IMG/VR virus record: IMGVR_UViG_3300028601_000031
Location: 8,228-72,227 of that record
Strand: one strand, 5' to 3'
Origin: a virus
Lineage: Duplodnaviria > Caudoviricetes
Length of the DNA: 64,000 nucleotides
This document shows positions 56,600 through 64,000 of this stretch, piece by piece. A program made the translations under genes and the position numbers. The first letter of the stretch is position 1. Each line of letters opens with the position of its first letter. The notes below the pieces were generated by a model, which did no database searches, was not told the DNA's origin, and saw nothing but the letters and a program-made list of their open reading frames with translations.

Positions 56600-57190
56600 T
56601 TATTTTCTTTTATTGTCAGCGTATGTCTTATAACAAGGTATAAATACAACCAATCTATTATCTATATCACCATAAATATTAACTTCCCATTTATCTGTTA
56701 TAAAATTTATCATGGGTCTTTTTATTTTCACTAATAACTTACCATAATTATCATATATATCTACTGATGTTGAAAATAAATCTAATTTTCTAGATGTACC
56801 TAATCTTTTATCATACTTATCATAAATTGCATATGTATTTTGTATACTAAATAGATTTTCAAATATTTTATGTTCTATCTTACCAATATAATTATCATTT
56901 TCATCATATAGTTTAATTTGTGTAACTAAACTAAATATGGTTTCTTTGGATTTTGCAATTAAATCACCGTTTTTATCATATAATATAAATGATGTTGAAA
57001 AACTAATTATTTTTTCTTCGATATTACCAATTTTTTGACCTGATTTAGAATCTATATTAAAATTATTACCGATTACTGATAATCTTTCTGTTATAATAAA
57101 ATTTTTAGGTATATCAATTTTATTACTAAATGATATTAATGATTTTGTTATTAATAAGATTATTAGTCCAATTGTTAATTTAATTTTCAT
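56600..57190 (-). CDS. Secreted LURP-one/scramblase (tubby-like beta-barrel) protein
   Basis: Signal peptide; repeated I.D..G..IG.I..K..S units. Confidence 0.7.
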   Translation of the reverse strand: MKIKLTIGLIILLITKSLISFSNKIDIPKNFIITERLSVIGNNFNIDSKSGQKIGNIEEKIISFSTSFILYDKNGDLIAKSKETIFSLVTQIKLYDENDNYIGKIEHKIFENLFSIQNTYAIYDKYDKRLGTSRKLDLFSTSVDIYDNYGKLLVKIKRPMINFITDKWEVNIYGDIDNRLVVFIPCYKTYADNKRK

Positions 57191-57301
57191 AATTATTTAG
57201 TTTTTAATTTTTTCTTTTTCTTTTTATTCTTCTTTTTCAATTCTTTATAAAGTTCATAGTATTTATAATACTCACAATTTTTACATTTTCCCATAAGTTT
57301 A

Positions 57302-57658
57302 TTATTTACAAATTTTTTCAATGTTATTCATATTTTTAATAATTACATTAAAAAATCTTTTAGATAAAATATCATATTCGTTACCAATTATTTTTCTATA
57401 TATAGGAAAATCAATAACTTCGTCCATTCTATCTGTTAGAATATCAGCTAAATAATCATGTACTTTTTTCCATATATCAATATCTTCTCCTTTACTAGAG
57501 TCTGCAAATAAATAACCAATGATTATTTTAGTTATTTCTGAATGCCTTTTAGCTTTTTCATAACCATCTAATCTTTGTATACTATTAGCCATTAGATACC
57601 TATTAATAGGAAAATCTAATAAACACCACAATAAATATTTTTCTCTTTCTGTAACCAT
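57302..57658 (-). CDS. Hypothetical protein
   Basis: Operon ORF. Confidence 0.65.
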   Translation of the reverse strand: MVTEREKYLLWCLLDFPINRYLMANSIQRLDGYEKAKRHSEITKIIIGYLFADSSKGEDIDIWKKVHDYLADILTDRMDEVIDFPIYRKIIGNEYDILSKRFFNVIIKNMNNIEKICK

Positions 57659-57659
57659 T

Positions 57660-57959
57660 TTAAATTAATTCTAATTGATGATTAAATTCATACCATTTAT
57701 CGATGGCTTCTTTTGATTGAATAATTGATACTGTTAAAAATCCTTCTTTTAATCCACCCTTGTCCATATATTTAAGATTAGGAATTTCCCAGTATCCATA
57801 TGCACCAGCTGGTACATATGAATTTTTAAGAATATCAAAACCACGATATTCGATTTTTCTTGTAAAAACCTTAATTTCGTGTCTTCTTGATCCCTCATAT
57901 CTATCGAAATCTTTTAATTTTTCGATATTTTTAAGATCTATTCTACTGGTTAATTTCAT
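57660..57959 (-). CDS. Hypothetical protein
   Basis: First gene after a TTTG-N20-TATATTTG promoter (57979-58010). Confidence 0.65.
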   Translation of the reverse strand: MKLTSRIDLKNIEKLKDFDRYEGSRRHEIKVFTRKIEYRGFDILKNSYVPAGAYGYWEIPNLKYMDKGGLKEGFLTVSIIQSKEAIDKWYEFNHQLELI

Positions 57960-58003
57960 TTCTTAAAATTTTAGAGTACAAATATACAATAAATTATTTT
58001 AAA

Positions 58004-58564
58004 TTACAAATTTTTATGTTTAATATTTGTTATGCTAATGTATTTAGCAGGTACAAAATCAGTTAACCAAACTTTATTTTCAGATAAATAAAATTTATAA
58101 CCATCTTCGTACATTTTCTTTGATTCTATTCTTAGAATTACTGGTTTTAAAGTCTTTGCATGTCTTTGACCAACATGAAATGCTGTCAATTTATTGTCAG
58201 ATAAATGAACAAATTTTCTTGACATTTTATACAATCCATTTTGCATAATACTATCAATAACTGTTGGTGTTGTACCATGAAATAAAAACATTGGAGGTTC
58301 TAATTCTGCAAATTTAATAGTAACAAAATCAATTGAATGTCCCTGATTTGCTCTTATTTTCAATTCACCATCAAAATACTTATATGAGTATCTTTGTTTA
58401 TCATCCTTAAATACAAGCATATCCAATGTATCTTTATCTGTTTTGATTAAAGATAATAATTCTTTAATACTAACCCAACCGTCTTGATCCATTTTCATTC
58501 CTCTTGGATCATGTCGAAGCAAGTAAGCTAGCTTCTTTGATATTTTCATTAAATCCTTTTCCAT
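58004..58564 (-). CDS. kptA: RNA 2'-phosphotransferase (Tpt1/KptA)
   Basis: SKKLAYLLRH, DDKQRY, IRANQGHS, LFHGT, MSRKFVHLS, VWLTDFVP. Confidence 0.93.
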   Translation of the reverse strand: MEKDLMKISKKLAYLLRHDPRGMKMDQDGWVSIKELLSLIKTDKDTLDMLVFKDDKQRYSYKYFDGELKIRANQGHSIDFVTIKFAELEPPMFLFHGTTPTVIDSIMQNGLYKMSRKFVHLSDNKLTAFHVGQRHAKTLKPVILRIESKKMYEDGYKFYLSENKVWLTDFVPAKYISITNIKHKNL

Positions 58565-58973
58565 ATATTAATTTTTTAATTTTATGTATTCTTAACACAT
58601 CTTTAAATTCCATTTTTAGTATTCCATTACCGTCATATCTTGATATTGTTAAGTCTTTTATTTTATGAATATTCTTAAAAATATTATTTAAAAAATAATT
58701 ATACTCTTCGATTGTTTCTATTGCTTGTAATTCATATTTATCTAAATTATATGACATTCTATAACAAGCATATGGTTCCATAATTTCTTCAACTTTCCAG
58801 TCATCTTCTGTTAAATCTTTAATTAACTTATCTCTATTTATAATATAAATTGATTTAGAATACCCGCAACTATTACAAAAAGTAAATTCTTCACCTGTTT
58901 TATAATTAAAATCAGATATACAATCACCTGTCTGACATCTTGGACACTCAATATAATCAATTATAGTTCCCAT
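58509..58973 (-). CDS. Zinc-ribbon protein with RxxKIxxL tag
   Basis: CPRC..CNSCGY; LRIHKIKKL. Confidence 0.7.
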   Translation of the reverse strand: MGTIIDYIECPRCQTGDCISDFNYKTGEEFTFCNSCGYSKSIYIINRDKLIKDLTEDDWKVEEIMEPYACYRMSYNLDKYELQAIETIEEYNYFLNNIFKNIHKIKDLTISRYDGNGILKMEFKDVLRIHKIKKLIYGKGFNENIKEASLLAST

Positions 58974-59443
58974 ACATTCTTAATTTTATTAATTTTTAAA
59001 AATCTTTCTTCCTTTCTTATATCATCTAAACTAAAATGATTATTATTTGGTATACTGCAATACCTAATTTTTTCAATTGTAAAGATACCTTTTTTTACTA
59101 TAATAATCAAATCTGATTCATAAAATGTTGATGCAATAGTTCCTATATCTGTTATGTTTATAAAGTTTTTTAATTTTCTGATATCTATAACAGATTCAAA
59201 TCTTTTAATGCTACTATAAGGATTAGAAATTCTAAAATTATCTCTTATAAGTATAACATTATCATTATTTGACAATTCAATAATTTCTTTTATTGTATAT
59301 TTATCATAATAATCATTATTAAACTCCATAACATTATTAAAATACTTAGATATAATTGATGCTAATAAATTACAATTACGTCTATCAAATGTAGTTCTAT
59401 ATAAAAATGTAATTCTATTATGTTTTATTATTTTTTCTAACAT
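58961..59443 (-). CDS. Hypothetical protein (possible degenerate DnaB-like C-terminal fragment) with RxxKIxxI tag
   Basis: ESDLIIIV...TIEKIRY; ERFLKINKI. Confidence 0.55.
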   Translation of the reverse strand: MLEKIIKHNRITFLYRTTFDRRNCNLLASIISKYFNNVMEFNNDYYDKYTIKEIIELSNNDNVILIRDNFRISNPYSSIKRFESVIDIRKLKNFINITDIGTIASTFYESDLIIIVKKGIFTIEKIRYCSIPNNNHFSLDDIRKEERFLKINKIKNVWEL

Positions 59444-59745
59444 ATATAAGATAAATGATCAATAATTATAATATCTGGTTTTATATTTAATTTCATCACT
59501 ATATTTGGGTATAATGATGAAAAATCATAATTAGACTTAAATTTAGTAAATAATCTAAACCCAATTAAATGTTTATCACATTTATTTAAAAGTTTATAAA
59601 GTTTTAATTTCCTTATAAATATAAATAATTCATTTCTATTAGAAGTATCAACAATATGATCAATATTTATATCATTCATATGGGTTTTAATATCGCCATT
59701 AATTATAAAATAATGATTACCAATATATTCTATATTAAATATCAT
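59437..59745 (-). CDS. Small chimeric protein: RxxKLxxL tag, PolB motif A-like and Walker-B-like peptides
   Basis: IRKLKLYKL...YDFSSLYPNIVMKLNI-KPDIIIIDHL. Confidence 0.6.
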   Translation of the reverse strand: MIFNIEYIGNHYFIINGDIKTHMNDINIDHIVDTSNRNELFIFIRKLKLYKLLNKCDKHLIGFRLFTKFKSNYDFSSLYPNIVMKLNIKPDIIIIDHLSYIC

Positions 59746-59939
59746 TTAGATAAGATTTTATGTAAATTATTACAACCAATTTTAATTAAATAAAAAGATA
59801 ATATAGATACACTAATAAAAGTTATAAAATTAATAATTGGTTTAAATGGAACAGTATGTAAATATAACAAAGAAAATAGCATAATAATTGAAAAAATTAT
59901 TAGTACTATGTTAGTAAATATTAATATAAATCTTTTCAT
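59742..59939 (-). CDS. Small two-TM membrane protein
   Basis: Hydrophobic ORF. Confidence 0.6.
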   Translation of the reverse strand: MKRFILIFTNIVLIIFSIIMLFSLLYLHTVPFKPIINFITFISVSILSFYLIKIGCNNLHKILSK

Positions 59940-60331
59940 TTTTGTATTTTTTTAATTATTCTATTAAGTTTATTAAGTCTTTTAAATTTTAAATATTTTG
60001 GATCTTCGTACAATTCGTACCAATATTGGCCATCTCCGAACCTTAATATATTTTCTATATGTACTTTAATTTCATCTATAACAAGATCAATTAATTGAAA
60101 ATTATCCATAAATGTATAACACCATATAGAGTAATCATCTTCTTTTATATTCCAATCCTCATAATATTCGTAATAAGGTTCTTTTCCTTGTTTTATTAAT
60201 TCTTCATCTATTTTTTTACCAATTTCTATATGATTATAAATCATTTGTTTTTGTTCATCGGTTATTTTATGTAAAGGAATAATGAAGCTACTTGAACTAC
60301 TATTACTAACAAATCCTTTTCTTATTTTCAT
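59936..60331 (-). CDS. RxGFVSNSSSS-leader protein with RxxKLxxI tag
   Basis: MKIRKGFVSNSSSSSFII; KRLNKLNRII. Confidence 0.75.
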   Translation of the reverse strand: MKIRKGFVSNSSSSSFIIPLHKITDEQKQMIYNHIEIGKKIDEELIKQGKEPYYEYYEDWNIKEDDYSIWCYTFMDNFQLIDLVIDEIKVHIENILRFGDGQYWYELYEDPKYLKFKRLNKLNRIIKKIQK

Positions 60332-60530
60332 ATAATTTTTTAATTTTTAATATTCTATATTCTGTTAATAAAATAAATCTATTTGATAAAATACCTCCAT
60401 TATTAAGTAATTCTTTTATTAGTACTGCTTGATTATTAATTACATATTCAATTGTGTATTTTTCTCCTAATTTTAATGATGTACGTGGTGATGTACTAAT
60501 ACAAACCACAACATCCCCCTTTTTAAACAT
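60306..60530 (-). CDS. Small SH3-like protein with RxxKIxxL tag
   Basis: FKKGDVVVCI...LKLGEKYTI...RF; YRILKIKKL. Confidence 0.65.
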   Translation of the reverse strand: MFKKGDVVVCISTSPRTSLKLGEKYTIEYVINNQAVLIKELLNNGGILSNRFILLTEYRILKIKKLYENKKRIC

Positions 60531-60541
60531 ATTTTATTATT

Positions 60542-61126
60542 TTAATGATGATTAAATTTTTTAAATGTTATTGGATTAAGAATATCACTATGTTCAATAT
60601 ATCCTCCTATTTGACCATCTTCATCAGCATAAGTCAATTTAATAAATTTAGAATCTTTTTCTAAAGTATATGACAATCCCATTTTTATTAAATCTACAAT
60701 TTGTTCTAATAAAATATTTGACATTGACCAAGATATTTGATTATTGAATTTATTATTACTATCCCATCTTACTTTATTATTTAAAAATTTATTACATAAC
60801 ATGTAATATTCATCTATTTTATCTTTTGGAATATATTTTTCGTATTCATAAACATCGTCTTCGTTATAAATATAAATTTCATTATCAAGATCAATATCAT
60901 TAATAGTAGTTTTTTCACCAACAAATTCTAATTCTCTTTTTATATCTTCATAAATAGTATTTATAACTACTTTTTTATTAATATAATCACCCCAATGTGA
61001 TAAATTATCATAATTTTGAACACCTAATATTTCTTCAAGATGCTGTTCTGAAGTTGGTACAACATCAAGTTTTATAATAAAATTACTTGAACTACTATTA
61101 CTTACAAACCCGTTTCTTACTTTCAT
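60542..61126 (-). CDS. RxGFVSNSSSS-leader protein
   Basis: MKVRNGFVSNSSSSNFII...YADEDG....IEH..I.......NHH. Confidence 0.75.
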   Translation of the reverse strand: MKVRNGFVSNSSSSNFIIKLDVVPTSEQHLEEILGVQNYDNLSHWGDYINKKVVINTIYEDIKRELEFVGEKTTINDIDLDNEIYIYNEDDVYEYEKYIPKDKIDEYYMLCNKFLNNKVRWDSNNKFNNQISWSMSNILLEQIVDLIKMGLSYTLEKDSKFIKLTYADEDGQIGGYIEHSDILNPITFKKFNHH

Positions 61127-61131
61127 TATAT

Positions 61132-61533
61132 TTAATTTAAGAAGTTTAACATTTCTTCAAATCTCCAAAAAATTCTAGACATAGCTTCATCTTTATCTAC
61201 AAAACCTGCCCAATCAATTTCTCTTTTTTGTAGTTTATTCTTATCTATAACTATTTCTTTATTTAAATTAACTAAAAAATATATTAACTCTTTATAAACA
61301 TATCCCTTTTCATTCTTATATTGAATTTTATATGGTTTTTTATCAATATATTTTGATTTTATTTTAATTCCTACTTCTTCTTCTGTTTCTCTTATTGCTG
61401 CTTCTATATATGTTTCATCTTCTTCTACTTTACCTTTTGGTATAGAATATGTACCATACCAAGGAGCATTAGTTGGATGAACTAAAAGTATCTTATTATC
61501 ATATATAATTAATAATCCTGCTGATGTTTGCAT
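61132..61533 (-). CDS. NUDIX hydrolase
   Basis: Nudix box PKGKVEEDETYIEAAIRETEEEVG. Confidence 0.92.
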   Translation of the reverse strand: MQTSAGLLIIYDNKILLVHPTNAPWYGTYSIPKGKVEEDETYIEAAIRETEEEVGIKIKSKYIDKKPYKIQYKNEKGYVYKELIYFLVNLNKEIVIDKNKLQKREIDWAGFVDKDEAMSRIFWRFEEMLNFLN

Positions 61534-61579
61534 TTTTAAATTTTATTTTTATATATAAAAATAATAAGTCAATGTCCAA

Positions 61580-62026
61580 CTATTTTTTATTTAATGTTAA
61601 TTTTTGTCTTATAAATAAAAACTTAAATATTTCATAATCATCTATATAGGTATTAACTACTTCTTTTAATTTATCATGTAACAATATCATTTGATTTTTA
61701 TCAATAATACTATTATAAGAATTAAAAAAACTATTATGAATATTAATAAAATCATTGGGTTTTAATCCTATTGATTTTTTAAATTTAGATATATTATGGC
61801 AAAAATTTAAAATTTTAATATCATTTTCACTAATATCTGATAATTTCCATAAATCTTTATATGTTGATAATTCAATATTAAATTCGTCATTATCATAAAT
61901 TATATCAGGATATGTATTAAATATCCTAAAATATTTTTCTTTAAGGTAATCGATTGAATCGAATTTCCATTGTTGAGTGAGTACATAGAATACAATAATA
62001 TTAACTAACTTATTAAACGTGATCAT
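61580..62026 (-). CDS. Hypothetical protein
   Basis: Follows a TTTG-N20-TATATTTG promoter (62046-62077). Confidence 0.6.
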   Translation of the reverse strand: MITFNKLVNIIVFYVLTQQWKFDSIDYLKEKYFRIFNTYPDIIYDNDEFNIELSTYKDLWKLSDISENDIKILNFCHNISKFKKSIGLKPNDFINIHNSFFNSYNSIIDKNQMILLHDKLKEVVNTYIDDYEIFKFLFIRQKLTLNKK

Positions 62027-62079
62027 AAAAATATATTTTAAGATACAAATATAATAAAATATTTTTAAATAAACAAAAA

Positions 62080-62766
62080 TTAATGTTTTGATTCTACATA
62101 AACAGGTAAATCACCAAATATACCACCATGTTCCATTATTGAAAAATATGTTCCACTTTCATCAGAAAAAGTAAACGAATAAAATACCATACCTTTGTGT
62201 TTATCAACATATTGTTCTATTTCATCTAATGTATCAGATATAATTCCAATAACATATCTATTATTTATTTCATTTTCTAGATCTTCATATATATCATCAG
62301 CATTTTTAATATCCCAATTAAAATTACTCTTCATGTTTTCTAACTTTTTAAATTCTTCTACTTGAAGTTTAATATCATTTAAATTTTTTATAATTTCACC
62401 GTTAATATTATATGTGCCGTCATTATCTGCCCAAATTTCTCCACTAATTTCAGATAAGGCATAAAGATAATTATTAGGACCTTGTTTTTTAATATCTTTA
62501 AAAACATCATTTGTAGCACTATCTTTGAACTCATCAAATGTCATATTAAGAGAATTATATGACCTTACAAAGTCTTTAAATTTATTTATATTATTATCTT
62601 TTTTAGTTTTTTCATCAATAAAATCCCAACTACTTTGGATTGATTTTTCATTTCTTTCATTCCACATTAATTCATATAGTTCTTCTTTATTATTAATTTC
62701 TCTAGGAAAAAATACAAGAAAACTACTTGAACTACTATTACTTACAAACCCATTCCTAATTTTCAT
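62080..62766 (-). CDS. RxGFVSNSSSS-leader protein
   Basis: MKIRNGFVSNSSSSSFLV...FSDESG....MEHG.IF..LP....SKH. Confidence 0.75.
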   Translation of the reverse strand: MKIRNGFVSNSSSSSFLVFFPREINNKEELYELMWNERNEKSIQSSWDFIDEKTKKDNNINKFKDFVRSYNSLNMTFDEFKDSATNDVFKDIKKQGPNNYLYALSEISGEIWADNDGTYNINGEIIKNLNDIKLQVEEFKKLENMKSNFNWDIKNADDIYEDLENEINNRYVIGIISDTLDEIEQYVDKHKGMVFYSFTFSDESGTYFSIMEHGGIFGDLPVYVESKH

Positions 62767-64000
62767 TTTTCATTATTTTACTTTTTAATATATAATTTCC
62801 ATTTTTTTTATAGGTTAAATCATTTAATTTGTCTTTTGGTACATATGTAAAATTATGACCACTAGATGCATCTAATTCATTTCTATAAACTAATGTAGAT
62901 TTATCAATAAATAATGGATCACCATCATATGATATAACCAAATCCTTTTTATCTACATAATCATTAAAATATTTACTATACATCATAGAATACCTAGAAT
63001 AACTAACCGTTGTATATGAATTATAATGTTTTAACCATACTGCATCTTCTTCTAAAACCTCATATTTTTCACCGTGTGTCGTATTTATAATATTATCTAT
63101 TCTATCAATTGGGGCATAATCATTATAATATTTAAAATATTTTGAATCACTTTTCAATCTTAATTTATCATTAATCATATAAAATTCATCATAATCATCA
63201 TCATCTGTTAATAAGTTACATTCTACATAATTATCATCATTTTCATTAATATATTTATTATAATAATTTGACCAATATGTCGAATATGCTGGCATCCCAT
63301 CAGTTTCTCGTAGTACTAATGGATATTTATTAGGTATTCTAACATCAGATAATATTTTTGTGTCTTGGTAATAATACATAATTGTATCTAAATATGGATA
63401 ATATCTATTCGGTTCCATATTATATACATATAAATTTTCATCTATTGGTTCATTTGTTTTGCTATCTATAATAGTTTGTGAATTATATGATTGTCTTTCT
63501 TTATATAACCACCCTTTTTCTTTCGCATAATTCTTAAACATATCTATTTGGTGATCCATTATATAATAAATTCTATCCATAAAAACTCTTTTAGGTTTAT
63601 CTAAATACCATAAAAGTGCCCTACCAATTATAGAATCTTTGTTATTATCATAATATAATATTAACATTTTAACTTTATTAGGGTTTTTTGCATAAAAATT
63701 CAAATAATTACTACATTCATATCCAGCCATACAAGAATTATGTAATACTGTATCAGTTTTATTAACTTTATGATAATTATCATAATCATACCATTTTTTA
63801 ATATCATCACCTTCTACAATATCAAATAGGTCATTACTAGAATTTAAAATATTAAAATACGATTTGTATTTATTGATAAATGATTCTATACTATCATCAC
63901 TACCACTGTCAGGGAATTTATCACCGAATAATTTTTTTATTAATCTACCTATCTTTACCTTATTTCTAAATTTATCCCATATATCTTTATTTGTATCAAT
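62756..64000 (-). CDS. Conserved phage protein, 'SCM..GRALLW..MDRIY..YPYLDT' family (paralog 3), 5'-truncated
   Basis: The frame is open to the window end (...KVKIGRLIKKLFGDKF...LHNSCMAG). Confidence 0.8.
   Translation of the reverse strand: MDTNKDIWDKFRNKVKIGRLIKKLFGDKFPDSGSDDSIESFINKYKSYFNILNSSNDLFDIVEGDDIKKWYDYDNYHKVNKTDTVLHNSCMAGYECSNYLNFYAKNPNKVKMLILYYDNNKDSIIGRALLWYLDKPKRVFMDRIYYIMDHQIDMFKNYAKEKGWLYKERQSYNSQTIIDSKTNEPIDENLYVYNMEPNRYYPYLDTIMYYYQDTKILSDVRIPNKYPLVLRETDGMPAYSTYWSNYYNKYINENDDNYVECNLLTDDDDYDEFYMINDKLRLKSDSKYFKYYNDYAPIDRIDNIINTTHGEKYEVLEEDAVWLKHYNSYTTVSYSRYSMMYSKYFNDYVDKKDLVISYDGDPLFIDKSTLVYRNELDASSGHNFTYVPKDKLNDLTYKKNGNYILKSKIMKNEN

Noticed and set aside
1-64000. Eukaryotic giant virus origin (VDPS-type ankyrins, Zn-repeat nucleases) or a bacterial chromosome
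   Set aside because: The sigma factor, Bacteroidota promoters, intrinsic terminators, M23 and ClpS point to a bacterial host. Dense small unknown ORFs and scattered host-like genes without housekeeping operons point to a phage.
1-64000. Alternative genetic code (stop-codon reassignment as in some large gut phages)
   Set aside because: Conserved enzymes are full length under the standard code, and TAA, TAG and TGA all appear as gene ends.

Overview
This window is part of a very AT-rich (roughly 20-25% GC by eye), gene-dense, mostly minus-strand genome. It is most likely a jumbo/huge phage infecting Bacteroidota: at least 14 TAnnTTTG (-7) promoters, many with a TTTG (-33) element, precede its operons, and it has intrinsic terminators and uses the standard code. 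No intact core structural or replication genes are present. It is an accessory/host-takeover region with NAD+ salvage genes (pncA, pncB, mazG-nadD fusion, prs, NUDIX), a Clp/chaperone set (clpC, clpS, clpP, dnaJ, MoxR-vWA) and RNA/translation repair genes (Rnl2-like ligase, Tpt1/KptA, Pth2-like, phosphoesterase, HD). It also has an ECF sigma factor with an inserted domain, a radical SAM enzyme, ankyrin proteins with capsid-targeting-like leaders, three zinc-repeat PD-(D/E)XK endonucleases and a tnpB-only IS200/IS605 element that splits a small gene. The most unusual signals are: (1) 15 unrelated small proteins share an R-x-x-K-[IL]-x-x-[IL] tag, C-terminal in 14, and several tagged proteins look like degenerate fragments of capsid, tail tube, PolB or DnaB; (2) a 156-nt tRNA-like RNA with two T-arms and its own promoter; (3) a deamidating NAD+ rebuilding route lacking only NadE in this window; (4) three proteins with an RxGFVSNSSSS leader that may be radical SAM substrates. 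All family assignments are by-eye motif recognition; no searches were run.
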